DNA of 64,000 bases from an uncultured Francisellaceae bacterium (GTDB taxonomy: Bacteria > Pseudomonadota > Gammaproteobacteria > UBA6186 > Azoamicaceae). Where the stretch lies: positions 2,409 through 66,408 of the forward strand of contig CAIKKE010000048.1 in NCBI GenBank assembly GCA_903827925.1, read 5' to 3'. This document shows, one piece after another, positions 1 through 12,461 of the stretch. Position 1 is the stretch's first letter; the number at the start of each line of letters is the position of its first letter. The position numbers and the translations under genes were made by a program. Under the pieces are notes generated by a model that saw only the letters and a list, made by a program, of their open reading frames with translations, was not told the origin of the DNA and made no database searches.

Positions 1-267
1 AAAAGTACAAAATTACCTACTGAATATATTTTTGAGCCAAACGCTAATCAATTATTAGATTTATTATTAAATAGATATATAGAATCTTTAATTTATCAAG
101 CACTATTGGAAAACATTGCCAGCGAACAATCAGCAAGAATGCTAGCCATGAAAAATGCAACAGATAACGCCAACCAAATTATAGATGATTTAAATTTATA
201 TTATAACAAAGAAAGACAGATGCTTATTACTAAAGAAATAGCAGAAATAGTCTCGGGTTCCGTTTAG
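1..267 (+). CDS. atpG: ATP synthase F1 gamma subunit, 3' fragment (5' end outside window)
   Basis: Frame 1 is open from base 1 to TAG at 265-267. Translation ...[52 protein letters not shown] matches the conserved AtpG C-terminus. Followed by atpD-atpC. Confidence 0.85.
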   Translation, partial: KSTKLPTEYIFEPNANQLLDLLLNRYIESLIYQALLENIASEQSARMLAMKNATDNANQIIDDLNLYYNKERQMLITKEIAEIVSGSV

Positions 268-301
268 TTTAAAAGATAAAAATAAAAATTTTAAGGAGTA
301 A

Positions 302-2157
<1,856 letters not shown>

Positions 2158-2158
2158 T

Positions 2159-2734
2159 TTAAGGAGGAGAAGTAGGAGGCGGCAAAAATGGACTACAACC
2201 TGCATTATTAGTGTCAGAGGTAGTACAAATATTTCCAGTTAAAGTAGTTGAAGATACAATTGGAGTATCTATAAAATCTTGTCTAACTGCCCCTGATAAA
2301 TTAACCCACTGAATAGCAACTCTAATTGAAGGGCTGCTAGGATTGATTGAATTTAAACATAAACACCCTGCACCGTTAGGTAACAACAAATCAAGAGAAC
2401 GTCTCCATCCAGCTAATAAAGCTGCATAAAAATTACCAGAAGTACAATCAAAGTTATTACAAGCATACTCATCTGTGGAGGAAGAAGAAATCATTGTTTG
2501 TAATTCAGAGTTTTCCATAGTTAAAATAAAATTACTTAATTGATTAACCATTCTAATAGCAGTTTCTTTTAAGCTTGACTCCATAGTTATATTTAAGGAT
2601 TGAGTTTGAATTGAAGCCGCCCCTAACAATCCTATCGACAACAAGGTAGCAGCAATCATAACTTCAATCAACCCAAAAGCTAATGTAAATTTTTTAAACT
2701 TTTTTCGATAATTTTCAATATGCATAATAATCAA
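2159..2734 (-). CDS. type IV pilin-like protein (PilV-like minor pilin), atypical leader
   Basis: N-terminus KKFTLAFGLIEVMIAATLLSIGLLGAASIQ resembles the PilV-class prepilin hydrophobic helix (LIEV..., LSIGLLG..A..Q). The G/F cleavage context is non-canonical. No other pilus genes nearby. Confidence 0.5.
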   Translation of the reverse strand: MIIMHIENYRKKFKKFTLAFGLIEVMIAATLLSIGLLGAASIQTQSLNITMESSLKETAIRMVNQLSNFILTMENSELQTMISSSSTDEYACNNFDCTSGNFYAALLAGWRRSLDLLLPNGAGCLCLNSINPSSPSIRVAIQWVNLSGAVRQDFIDTPIVSSTTLTGNICTTSDTNNAGCSPFLPPPTSPP

Positions 2735-2787
2735 AAATATTTATATTAATCAAAAACATAAATATATTATAGTATTAACTTAAAATT

Positions 2788-3144
2788 TTATGGTATTAGT
2801 GAATTAAATTTAGGATATAATATATCGCCATATTGTTTTAAAATTGACTTTTCTTTATTTTCTTGATTAGATAGGTCTTGATTATGTTTTTTACTTTCCA
2901 AAGTTAATTGATTCAATAATTTACGTCTTTTTAGTTTACGTTTTTTCAAAAATAATTTATATTGAATTAATTCATATAAAAAAAATTCTTTGGTGCGTTT
3001 TTTTTTTAAAAATTCTTGTTTTTTAAAGTTTTCAACAAAAAATTCATACTCTAAATTTAATAATTTATTTCTAGCTTCAGTTTGCAAAGAAATAATATTT
3101 TTCACTGGAAAATTAATTAAATTTTTATTATATTGAAAATACAT
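2788..3144 (-). CDS. hypothetical Lys-rich protein
   Basis: 118-aa ORF in an otherwise unassigned gap. Very basic, coiled-coil-like. No recognisable motif. Confidence 0.35.
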   Translation of the reverse strand: MYFQYNKNLINFPVKNIISLQTEARNKLLNLEYEFFVENFKKQEFLKKKRTKEFFLYELIQYKLFLKKRKLKRRKLLNQLTLESKKHNQDLSNQENKEKSILKQYGDILYPKFNSLIP

Positions 3145-3204
3145 GGCGCCAATTAAACCTTGTTGTTAATTATTTTTTAAATATTTAGAGTAAGATGCAA
3201 AAAA

Positions 3205-3822
3205 ATGGTTCAATTAATTTTTAAAAAAATTTATTTAGCATTAAGAACTCAAATATTAGATGAGCCAATAATTGGTTTTGGCTCTGGGGAAATTGTAAAT
3301 TTTATAATTAACCAAATGATTGAAGAACAAATGAATTTCAAGGCCGTAACTGGCGCAACCTCAACCACCGCGCATTTGCAAAAATTGAAAGTACCTATAA
3401 TAGACTTTTCAGAATTACTGCAAATTCCTACATATATCAACACTGTTGACGCCTGCAATAATTTAAACCAAATCATCAATAACACTAACGGCAATTTTAC
3501 TCAAGAAAAATTACTTGCATATAATAGTAAAAAATTCATTGGAATAAAAAACCACCAAAATTATTATGAAGATTTTAATCATTCACCCATAGCTGTAGAA
3601 GTTTTACCTATGGCTAGAAGTTTTGTAGCAAGAGAAATAATAAAATCACAAGGAAAACCCGTATATAGAAATGGTTTTAAAACTGAAAACCTCAACATAA
3701 TCTTAGATATATATAACTTGCCCATAAAGAACCCTATAATGCTAGAAGATTTATTAAACAACATTTCCGGGGTTGTAGATTGCAGCATCTTCACTAAAAA
3801 ACCTCTTGATTTAATTATCTAG
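3205..3822 (+). CDS. ribose-5-phosphate isomerase A-like protein (divergent active-site residues)
   Basis: Collinear with RpiA: GFGSGEI (GVGTGST), PIAVEVLPMARSFVAREI (PLPVEVIPMARSAVARQL), NIILDIYNL, ISGVVDCSIF. The VDGADE block reads VDACNN and the IKGGGAA block reads INNTNGN. Confidence 0.7.
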   Translation: MVQLIFKKIYLALRTQILDEPIIGFGSGEIVNFIINQMIEEQMNFKAVTGATSTTAHLQKLKVPIIDFSELLQIPTYINTVDACNNLNQIINNTNGNFTQEKLLAYNSKKFIGIKNHQNYYEDFNHSPIAVEVLPMARSFVAREIIKSQGKPVYRNGFKTENLNIILDIYNLPIKNPIMLEDLLNNISGVVDCSIFTKKPLDLII

Positions 3823-3847
3823 AAGCAATCATATAATCATCACAAAA

Positions 3848-6433
3848 ATGTTCTATACTTTATATTTGAAATGTTCTGTAAAATATTTAAAGATGAAAAA
3901 CCATATGAAAAGTGTAAAAAATTTTATTTCGATTATCTTGCAAAACAAAGATTTAATTTTTTTGATTAACCAGTTTATCAAGGACTTCAGCAACAATGAT
4001 AATTCGATTTTCTCAAATTTAAGCTCTTCCTCTACAAATCCAAATGCATCTTTAAATGTTGGGCCGGATATTGTAAAAAAACTCAACACGATTGAACAAA
4101 ATTATACTGACACTGAAGCCCTTGAACTGTTCAATGAAATTGTTCGTTTGTTTGAAATTACCAAAGACATTGTTTTTAACATTAAAGATATACAGTTAAA
4201 CAACAACTCAAGTAATAAAAAAAACAATATTGTAGATTTATCTAAACAATTATTTGAAGCTCTGCGACCAATCATTGAGCTTTACAGAGAATTTAGCAAA
4301 GTTGACGATGATTCCCGGGTAGTTATACCAGCAAACAAAACAAATACACAAGAATTTCAAGAAGATTCTTTAGAAAAGATTCTCCAAGATGCTATAGCAC
4401 CACAAAATCATTTTAAAAATTATACGTTACAGCATCATGAACTGCTATTAATTCAAACAAAGATGGGAAAAGATTTGTTTGAAAAAATATTAAAAAAATA
4501 TTCACTTTCTTCAGATAATTTTACCTTAGATGATTTAAGAATGGTAATTATAGGAGCAATCGTTAATTGCAATAAATCTTGGGAAGAAAATCAGTTTATA
4601 CTTGCATTGCTAGAAGTTTGCAATATTGACAAAAACCTTGAAAATAATCAAGCAATAGAACAACTAAGTTCTAAGGTAAAATTGGATGATGTTGTTTTAA
4701 AAAGAATTTCCCAAGAAACATTAAGAGAAACCTTTTTTGATGAAAAATTAAAATTTTTTAGAAAACATTTTCTCTCTAGCTGGGATTTTTTAATTCCAAT
4801 TAGGTTTAAAGCTAATAAAGCTTTTAAAAGGGATTATAAATCTTCTTTAGCTATAGCTAGCATTAATGATTGGCAACATACAAGAGATAGCCGAGTTCAA
4901 GAATTTGCTTCGGAAGAATATTTGTTTAACAATTTATCTACTGCCGATTTTCAAGATGATACTGTGCTCCCAATATTAAATAAAGATGGAAAAAAATGTT
5001 TTTATAAAGTTAAGAATTTTATTGATGCAAAAAGTATCCATGGATTTGCTTTAATTCCTACAGATCCAAAAGAATCTTTAGATATAAAAGTGGTGTTTAA
5101 AAATTCCAAAAATTTATCTGAAGCAATCTTAGATACAGAACACTATTTACCTTTTCAAGAATTTAAACAACATAAAAAATATGTTATGCAACAGTTAAAC
5201 CAAATTATAGAAGAATTTAAACAACATCCTGATATGTCAGAAGAACAAACACAATCGATTTCTTTAAACATTGGAGGACAAGGTACAGGAGGCACATTAG
5301 CTTCACATTTAATGCATGAAATAATTAATCAAAAAGCTCATTTTTTAACTAAAGATTTCGTACAACAGAATCCAACAGAACATCAAAAAACTGTATCATC
5401 AATTTTTTCTAATAATATTACTCAACAATTTTTACATGAAAATTCTTTAAGTTCTTCTAGATCCAAATCTAAATTATCAAGCAAAATTATGTCTAAAAAA
5501 TACAGCTCACCAATAGAAAAATATGCTGAAAAACATCTATTTAATCAAGATCAACAATTTGCTCAAAATCCATCTTTATTAAATATAAATAACTTGCATT
5601 TATCTACTATAAATTCTGGTGGGGTTCCTGAAAAAATTAGAAATAATTTTATTCAAGCCTTACGTTTACTCAAAGATAGTAATTTTAAAGGTCCTGAGTT
5701 ACATGTTTCTTATAACAAAATTATAAATAATCATGATATAGTTAAAAAAACAGGAACAACAGATTTAGGCGCTTATGTTCCTCCAAACCTAATGCATATA
5801 AAAATGCTACAAATAAATTCCGAAGATCCTGAATTTGGAAAAAATCTAAAAAACATAGGCTGGTTAAGCTTAGCATTAGCTGGCAAAGCTGCTGTAAACA
5901 CTAGTGTTCTTTCTACAATTCCACATATAGCTCCCATTATAAATTCCATAATGAATAATATTAAATCTATAAGTGAAAATGAATTATTAAAAAATATCGT
6001 TAAAAATATACGAGAAATTTGGAGCAAAGCAAATAATATTCACTACAATAGTCATTTAAATGAAAAACAAAGTAGCTATAAAGTATTAGATAATACTAGC
6101 CTTCAAGAACAAACAGATATTGAAAAAGAATTAAACGATAAAATAGATAGAACTAAAAATAATATTGTATATAGAAGAATCAAAAAGAAAAGCTATAAAA
6201 TATTCAGAAAAATTCAAAATTTATTAGGCACTTACAATTACAACTTGAATGTTGCTTCAGAAGAAAACCCTGAAAACATAAGAAATATTGACGCTAGATC
6301 GCAGGCAATACCACAGAGATCAAAAACAATTACTCCTAGTTTTCATGAGATATCTAATCAAAAAACCTCTGTTGTTTCTAATGGTCCTAATATTCCTAAT
6401 GTTTCTGAAAATACACCATATCAAAAAAATTAA
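3848..6433 (+). CDS. large hypothetical protein with a degenerate class-3-lipase-like segment (effector candidate)
   Basis: 861-aa uninterrupted ORF in an AT-rich genome. Residues about 395-490 show a lipase_3-like pattern (IKVVFKNS ... about 60 aa ... NIGGQGTGGTLASHL). Start codon uncertain. Confidence 0.7.
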   Translation: MFYTLYLKCSVKYLKMKNHMKSVKNFISIILQNKDLIFLINQFIKDFSNNDNSIFSNLSSSSTNPNASLNVGPDIVKKLNTIEQNYTDTEALELFNEIVRLFEITKDIVFNIKDIQLNNNSSNKKNNIVDLSKQLFEALRPIIELYREFSKVDDDSRVVIPANKTNTQEFQEDSLEKILQDAIAPQNHFKNYTLQHHELLLIQTKMGKDLFEKILKKYSLSSDNFTLDDLRMVIIGAIVNCNKSWEENQFILALLEVCNIDKNLENNQAIEQLSSKVKLDDVVLKRISQETLRETFFDEKLKFFRKHFLSSWDFLIPIRFKANKAFKRDYKSSLAIASINDWQHTRDSRVQEFASEEYLFNNLSTADFQDDTVLPILNKDGKKCFYKVKNFIDAKSIHGFALIPTDPKESLDIKVVFKNSKNLSEAILDTEHYLPFQEFKQHKKYVMQQLNQIIEEFKQHPDMSEEQTQSISLNIGGQGTGGTLASHLMHEIINQKAHFLTKDFVQQNPTEHQKTVSSIFSNNITQQFLHENSLSSSRSKSKLSSKIMSKKYSSPIEKYAEKHLFNQDQQFAQNPSLLNINNLHLSTINSGGVPEKIRNNFIQALRLLKDSNFKGPELHVSYNKIINNHDIVKKTGTTDLGAYVPPNLMHIKMLQINSEDPEFGKNLKNIGWLSLALAGKAAVNTSVLSTIPHIAPIINSIMNNIKSISENELLKNIVKNIREIWSKANNIHYNSHLNEKQSSYKVLDNTSLQEQTDIEKELNDKIDRTKNNIVYRRIKKKSYKIFRKIQNLLGTYNYNLNVASEENPENIRNIDARSQAIPQRSKTITPSFHEISNQKTSVVSNGPNIPNVSENTPYQKN

Positions 6434-6473
6434 ATACACCATATCAAATAATTTATAATAATTTTTTATACAC

Positions 6474-7256
6474 CTAGAATTTTTTAAATACTTTTTTTAT
6501 TTGACTTACGATTTGATTTAAAAAATTATCTAAATATATTTTAACGAACAACTCGCTACGCAATAAACTAGTACCATTAGGGATAAAACTACTAATTTTA
6601 TTACTTTGAGGTAGACTAAGGTTGCTCATTATAGGTATAGGCACAACTTCTACTCCATATTTTTGAATAATTTGCTGTGCCTGCTCTATATTCCAACTAT
6701 CAGATATTAAAAAAATTTTTTGAATTTTATTTTTCTCTAATGTTTCTTTAATATACTTAGATTGCTCAGCAGGATTATTGTTCTCATAAGCTATAGAAAT
6801 CGGTAAGCTTATATTACTATCCCCTAATAATTTTATTAGATTTATAATATACGAATTTATTGGTTCAGCATTTTTTCCATATAAACGATAATTATCTAAA
6901 TTAACGATAGCTGCAGGTAGCTTAGTATCTCTAGATAATTGCAGCATATTCTGAGATATAACAAAATCTGAACTTAAATATGAATCAGAAAAAACAGCTA
7001 CAATCGCATTAACATTTTGATATTGAGGTAAATCTTCCGTTTTAAATGGTCTATATTTACTTTCTAGTTTAATTATTAATTTATCACTAACTAAAGGAAT
7101 ACTACTTCCATATAACAACCCTAAGCTAATAAAAAATAACAATATAGCTTTTCCTCCAGAAGATCTTATCCAATAATATAAGCTTAATATACCTATTAAG
7201 ATATTGATTCCAGGCGGTCTCAATAATGACAGCATTACTTGCAACCAAATTAACAT
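6474..7256 (-). CDS. membrane protein, possibly DUF218 (YdcF/ElyC)-like
   Basis: 260 aa. Two N-terminal hydrophobic helices, then a soluble domain with only a weak DUF218-like layout. Family assignment is weak. Confidence 0.5.
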   Translation of the reverse strand: MLIWLQVMLSLLRPPGINILIGILSLYYWIRSSGGKAILLFFISLGLLYGSSIPLVSDKLIIKLESKYRPFKTEDLPQYQNVNAIVAVFSDSYLSSDFVISQNMLQLSRDTKLPAAIVNLDNYRLYGKNAEPINSYIINLIKLLGDSNISLPISIAYENNNPAEQSKYIKETLEKNKIQKIFLISDSWNIEQAQQIIQKYGVEVVPIPIMSNLSLPQSNKISSFIPNGTSLLRSELFVKIYLDNFLNQIVSQIKKVFKKF

Positions 7257-7324
7257 ACTGCTAACCCCTTTATTTATGTATAGGTAAATATTTAAACTGA
7301 AGATATATTAAAAACTATAGCATT

Positions 7325-7373
7325 AAACCAAAAAATTACTAAAAATTACTAATTTTTAGTAATTTTTTGGTTT
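7325..7373 (-). terminator. perfect 49-bp palindrome (24-bp arms) downstream of the dsbA-like gene
   Basis: aaaccaaaaaattactaaaaatta-c-taatttttagtaattttttggttt; every position 7325+i pairs with 7373-i. Lies 12 nt after the stop of the minus-strand gene ending at 7385. Confidence 0.5.
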
Positions 7374-7384
7374 ATATTTGTTAA

Positions 7385-8068
7385 TTAAGGGGTAAATTTT
7401 ATCAAATGTTCTATAACCTTAAACAAAGTATCGATATCTTTTACCATAGTTAAATTAACCATATAACTATTATTTTTAAAATTTATAATAATATTAGGGG
7501 TTATATTAATATTATATTTCTTGGAAATTTCTATCGCATTTTTAGTTTTTCTGGCAACATCAAAAGAATTATATAAATTTATAATTTTTGACTTATTAAT
7601 CTGTTTCTGACCATAAAATGCTACCATTTCAGATTCAATCCATAGTCTTTTATGTTGTTCATGAATTTGGTTAAACATTTCATCATTAGTATATGTTTTT
7701 AATTGTTTATTAACATAATACAATTTTGCTAGTATTTCCCAAATTTCATTAAAAGCGACTGGATAATAAGACACATTAACTTGAGATTTTTGGGCGGCCA
7801 ACCACACATTAAAATGTTTATTGAAAATCCAACAACCGTAACAACCATAATTAAAAAAAATTGAAATTTGTGGTATATTATGATTAGTCTGCGATTCAAT
7901 TTTATACGAAGGCAAATTAATCTGGTTTAATACTGAAATTCGTTTAAAATGCTCACCTTCAACAAATTCATTAGATTCAGATCCTATAGCAATTTGAAAT
8001 AAAAAGCTTATAATAACTGTTAGTTTGATTAACCAATTAATATGTTGTTTAATATGTCTTTTTGGCAT
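7385..8068 (-). CDS. DsbA-like thiol:disulfide oxidoreductase (periplasmic)
   Basis: CxxC motif in FFNYGCYGCWIFNKHF (DsbA FCPHCYQFE context). Start chosen at MPKRHIKQHINWLIKLTVIISFLF (signal-like), which avoids overlap with engB; the ORF track extends to 8203. Confidence 0.7.
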   Translation of the reverse strand: MPKRHIKQHINWLIKLTVIISFLFQIAIGSESNEFVEGEHFKRISVLNQINLPSYKIESQTNHNIPQISIFFNYGCYGCWIFNKHFNVWLAAQKSQVNVSYYPVAFNEIWEILAKLYYVNKQLKTYTNDEMFNQIHEQHKRLWIESEMVAFYGQKQINKSKIINLYNSFDVARKTKNAIEISKKYNINITPNIIINFKNNSYMVNLTMVKDIDTLFKVIEHLIKFTP

Positions 8069-8134
8069 TTCTGCAACCTTAATATTATATGTTACATTAT
8101 TTTTAATAATAAAAATAAAATTTAAGTATATTAT

Positions 8135-8755
8135 ATGTCTATAAATAACAATCAACAATATTTTAATAATACTAAATTTATTAAAAGTGTTTTTAAATTG
8201 CAAGATTTACCAATGGATAATGCCAAAGAATTAGCTATAGTTGGCAGATCTAATTGTGGTAAATCTAGCGTTATAAATTCAATAACTAACAAAAAAAAAT
8301 TGGCGGTAACTAGTAAAACTCCTGGTAGAACACGAGCAATTAATTATTTTGAGATAGAACCAGAAAAATACTTAGTAGATCTTCCTGGTTATGGATACGC
8401 TAAAGTCGCTGTAGCTACAAAATTAGCTTGGGGTAGTTTAATAGAACAATATTTACAAACTAGAAAAAGTTTAATCGGTATTATTCTAATTATGGATATT
8501 AGGCATCCTTTTAAACCAGAAGATGAACAAATGTTATTATTCTGCAAACATAATCACTTAAAAACCAATATCATTTTAAATAAAGCAGATCAATTATCGT
8601 CAAACAAAGCTAAAGCAACTCAACAATCGTCTATAATAACCCTGCAATCTTTAGATATAACAGCGGATGTTCAAATTTTCTCTAGCATCAATGGAATAGG
8701 TATTATAGAGTTAAGAGAAAAAATTATAGATTGGTTCCACGTGGAACATTTTTAA
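8135..8755 (+). CDS. engB: ribosome biogenesis GTP-binding protein YihA/EngB
   Basis: GRSNCGKSSVINSITN (G1), TSKTPGRTR (G2), DLPGYGYA (G3), LNKADQL (G4). Confidence 0.92.
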   Translation: MSINNNQQYFNNTKFIKSVFKLQDLPMDNAKELAIVGRSNCGKSSVINSITNKKKLAVTSKTPGRTRAINYFEIEPEKYLVDLPGYGYAKVAVATKLAWGSLIEQYLQTRKSLIGIILIMDIRHPFKPEDEQMLLFCKHNHLKTNIILNKADQLSSNKAKATQQSSIITLQSLDITADVQIFSSINGIGIIELREKIIDWFHVEHF

Positions 8756-8766
8756 AAAATAAAGCT

Positions 8767-9927
8767 CTAGCTTTTATAAGGTTCTATACTTCTGTTATAT
8801 TCAGAAATTATGCCTTTATTTATCTCAAACCACTTAGCATCAGAACCTTTAGTGGACAAAATATTTAGCAATCCTTGCTGTTTACTTCCAGTTATAAATA
8901 CTTGCAAATCATTCTTATAATAAGATAGAGCTCTCATTATTTTATTAATATTATATTCATCTAATTCTGAAGAAAAATCATCAATTAATAACACGCTAAC
9001 AAATTCTGTGGACAAATTAACCTCTTTAATAAACTTGGTTCTAGCTAAAATTAAAGCAAAGGCTGCAAGTTTACCTTGTCCTCTAGATAGAATTTCTTTA
9101 GCTAATTTACCATTGAGTTTAAATTGTAAATCTGCTTTATGTGGCCCATAATGGGTAAATCCGTGTTGCACATCTAAATCATGACAGTTCAATAATTGCT
9201 CAGATAAATCCCCATTCCAACCAGTAAATAATTTTAATTCAGTAATTAATGGTTCGATTATGTGTAGGTCGTGGATTATTTTTAGCCACACTTGCTGAAA
9301 TTGTTTCCAAATATGCTGTCTAATTAACGTAATTTTAGCTGATAATTCCACAAAAATTATATCAATATTATTTAATATTTTATATATATCGGAAAATTTA
9401 CTAGATCGCTTTTCTTTAATCTGCTTTAAAATTTTATTTCTTTGCTGCAAAGTGATTTGAAATTCTTTCCAAAGATTTTGATAGTTTTTATTAGCATAAA
9501 AAGCCAGCCAATCTAAAAATTTTCTACGTAAATCTGGCTCTTTAAAAATTAATTTGCTAGTTTCATCATTGATTAATTGAGTTGGAGTTAAATTCGCCAC
9601 TTCAACACCGGTAGCTATTGCCCCACCAATTTTATTTATTTTATGCTTATTATAATATTTTAAACTGCTGATCTTTATTTTTTGATTAGAGATCCGATCT
9701 GTATATATAGCATGAACTACAGCAAAATCATGTTTAAAATTTATTAAATTATTACTTTTATTAGTTCTAAAAGAACGACCTAATGCTAAAAAATATATGC
9801 TTTCAAGCAAACTCGTTTTTCCACTGCCATTATCTCCTAAAAATATATTAAACTGTGGATGAAAAGTTAATTTAGTTGCAATCTGAATATTTCTAAAACC
9901 TTCGATATGCATATTTTGAATCAACAT
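8767..9927 (-). CDS. recF: DNA replication and repair protein RecF
   Basis: GDNGSGKTSLLESIYFLALGRSFR Walker A; LLIDDFSSELD Walker B. Position downstream of dnaN. Confidence 0.95.
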   Translation of the reverse strand: MLIQNMHIEGFRNIQIATKLTFHPQFNIFLGDNGSGKTSLLESIYFLALGRSFRTNKSNNLINFKHDFAVVHAIYTDRISNQKIKISSLKYYNKHKINKIGGAIATGVEVANLTPTQLINDETSKLIFKEPDLRRKFLDWLAFYANKNYQNLWKEFQITLQQRNKILKQIKEKRSSKFSDIYKILNNIDIIFVELSAKITLIRQHIWKQFQQVWLKIIHDLHIIEPLITELKLFTGWNGDLSEQLLNCHDLDVQHGFTHYGPHKADLQFKLNGKLAKEILSRGQGKLAAFALILARTKFIKEVNLSTEFVSVLLIDDFSSELDEYNINKIMRALSYYKNDLQVFITGSKQQGLLNILSTKGSDAKWFEINKGIISEYNRSIEPYKS

Positions 9928-9941
9928 GATTTTTCAAAATC

Positions 9942-11084
9942 TCAGATCTGCATTGGCATCAATATATAAGAACTATGTAATTGATTATCTTGGAGCAAAA
10001 CTCCAGTGGTAGCATTTTCAAATTTAAAGATTATATTATCAACATGACTATTAGATAAAAAATCTAATAAGTATTTAAGATTAAAGAAAATTGCTAACTC
10101 TTTGCCTGTTAAATGAGCAACAATACTATCTTCCACTACATCACCTTGTTCATTATTACCAGTTATAATTAATTGATCAGCTTTAAAATGCAACTTAATT
10201 CCTTGAGATTTATCTCCAAGCAATGCAGCTGCTCTTAAACAACAACTCTTTAATTGTTCTCGATTTACAGTTAATTCATTAATCGTATTAATTGGAATTA
10301 ATCTTTTATATGGCGGAAATTCTACATTTAACAGTTTAGAAGTATAGGTTAGCTGATCTATATTAATTCTAAAATGAAACTTGCCTACACTTAAATTTAT
10401 AAATTCATTTCCATTAATGTCGGCTATAATTTTTAAAATATCAAAAATACTTTTTCTAGGAATTAAAATTTTCAAATTATCTTGAAGATTTTTAATTAAT
10501 TCTTCATTTTTCAATAATTTTACTTCCCATATCATTAAACGATGACCATCCGCTGCAACCGAGGCTATATTATCATTAGTGAAATGTAATAATAATCCAT
10601 TTAAAAAATGTCTACTTTCATCATCCCCCATAGCAAATGCTACTTTAGAAATTATTTCTTGTAAAAAACTAGCTTTGATCGAAAAGTTTGAAGCAAATTC
10701 TTTTTCAGTCAAAACCGGAAAAACCTCAGGTAATAAATAATTTATAGAGAAAAAACCTTGTTGCGACTGAATAGTTAATTTTAATTGATCAAGTTCATCG
10801 CTAGTTGCAATTTTTAAAGCTATATTTGCAGTCATAGCTCTACAAATTTCACTAATTTTTCGAAAAGGAACCACTACTGCCCCAGGAGATTCTACTGAAG
10901 ACAATCCCTCTTCAATGATTAATTCTACATCTAAATCTGTAGCAATTAACGTAATTTTTTTTTGATCAACTGATAATAATACGTGTGAACCAACAATATT
11001 ATTAACTGCTTTCTTATCTACTATTACAAATAATGCTAATTTAAATAATTTTAATAAATGTTCTTTAGAAATAGTAAATAACAT
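9942..11084 (-). CDS. dnaN: DNA polymerase III beta sliding clamp
   Basis: 380 aa. Position between dnaA and recF. Typical clamp pattern (ATDGHRL-like AADGHRLMIWE, C-terminal YILMPMQI). Confidence 0.95.
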   Translation of the reverse strand: MLFTISKEHLLKLFKLALFVIVDKKAVNNIVGSHVLLSVDQKKITLIATDLDVELIIEEGLSSVESPGAVVVPFRKISEICRAMTANIALKIATSDELDQLKLTIQSQQGFFSINYLLPEVFPVLTEKEFASNFSIKASFLQEIISKVAFAMGDDESRHFLNGLLLHFTNDNIASVAADGHRLMIWEVKLLKNEELIKNLQDNLKILIPRKSIFDILKIIADINGNEFINLSVGKFHFRINIDQLTYTSKLLNVEFPPYKRLIPINTINELTVNREQLKSCCLRAAALLGDKSQGIKLHFKADQLIITGNNEQGDVVEDSIVAHLTGKELAIFFNLKYLLDFLSNSHVDNIIFKFENATTGVLLQDNQLHSSYILMPMQI

Positions 11085-11087
11085 GCT

Positions 11088-12461
11088 TTAAGTTGATAAA
11101 ATTCTAATTAAATTTTTAAAATCTTCTCCCAAATCAGCACTAGTAACTGCTAAATCTTTGATAGTCCTACAAGCATGTAATACTGTAGTATGATCTCGCC
11201 CCCCAAAAGCATCTCCGATTTCGGGTAAACTATGATTGGTTAACTCTTTACATAAAGCCATAGCCATCTGCCTAGGACGAGCCACCGATCTACTGCGACG
11301 CTTAGATAATAAATCGGCAAGTTTAACTTTATAATAATCTGCAACTGTTTTCATAATATTATCTATAGACACCAATTTATCTTGCAAGGCTAATAAATCT
11401 TTTAACGCTTCTTGAACAAAAGGCAAATTAATCTCTCCACCGGTAAATTGTGCGTTAGCTATAACTCGTTTCAAAGCACCTTCTAATTCTCTAACATTAG
11501 ATCTAATTCTTTTGGCTATAAAAAACGCAACTTCATGTTGTAAGTCTATGTTTAGTTGTTTTGCTTTGTTAATTAAAATTGCTACTCTAGTTTCTAACTC
11601 AGGAGGTTGAACTGCCACTGTTAGACCAGATCCAAATCTAGACTTTAGCCTTTCTTCAATGCCACTAATTTCTTTAGGATAACGATCCGAAGTTAAGATA
11701 ATTTGTTGTTGACCTTCCAATAAGGCATTAAAGGTATGAAAAAATTCTTCTTGAGAACGTTCTTTACCTGCAAAGAATTGGATATCATCTATCAACAAAG
11801 CATCTACAGAACGATAAAAACGTTTAAATTCATTAATTGCATTACTTTGTAAAGCTTTAACCATATCAGCCACAAAACGTTCGGAATGTAGATATACTAC
11901 AATAGAGTTTGGTTTGTTAGATAAAATCAAGTTTCCCACAGAATGCATAAGATGAGTTTTACCTAAACCTACCCCCCCATATAAAAACAATGGATTATAA
12001 GAACGTCCTGGATTTTCTGCTACTTGTCTTGATGCTGCCTTAGCTAATTGATTTGATTTGCCTTCAACAAAATTATCAAAAGTAAACATTTCGTTTAAAT
12101 TAGTATTAACAGTATGACTCTTTTCTAAATTTTTCAGCTCGAGTGATGTTGAGTTTAATGATGTATTTAATTGGTTATTGGATGAATTTTGCGATCCTGA
12201 ATAGGTTGCAGCAGCCCCACCAACAAAAAAAGATAGCTTACCAAATGTTTCTTTTGAGATCCCATTAATTACTTTTTCTATGGTTTGGGAAAAATTTTGA
12301 ATAACTTTGTCTAACACATATTGATTGGGGGCAAAAATAACTACATTATCGTTAGTCACTTCTGCTTGCAATGGCGTAATACACTGGTTAAATAACTGTT
12401 GCGGGATCAGTTCTTTAAGCTGTAGGATACATTGCTGCCATAAATCTTTAGGTATAGACAC
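11088..12461 (-). CDS. dnaA: chromosomal replication initiator DnaA
   Basis: [16 protein letters not shown]alker [26 protein letters not shown]-terminal DNA-binding helix [15 protein letters not shown]. Confidence 0.98.
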   Translation of the reverse strand: MSIPKDLWQQCILQLKELIPQQLFNQCITPLQAEVTNDNVVIFAPNQYVLDKVIQNFSQTIEKVINGISKETFGKLSFFVGGAAATYSGSQNSSNNQLNTSLNSTSLELKNLEKSHTVNTNLNEMFTFDNFVEGKSNQLAKAASRQVAENPGRSYNPLFLYGGVGLGKTHLMHSVGNLILSNKPNSIVVYLHSERFVADMVKALQSNAINEFKRFYRSVDALLIDDIQFFAGKERSQEEFFHTFNALLEGQQQIILTSDRYPKEISGIEERLKSRFGSGLTVAVQPPELETRVAILINKAKQLNIDLQHEVAFFIAKRIRSNVRELEGALKRVIANAQFTGGEINLPFVQEALKDLLALQDKLVSIDNIMKTVADYYKVKLADLLSKRRSRSVARPRQMAMALCKELTNHSLPEIGDAFGGRDHTTVLHACRTIKDLAVTSADLGEDFKNLIRILST

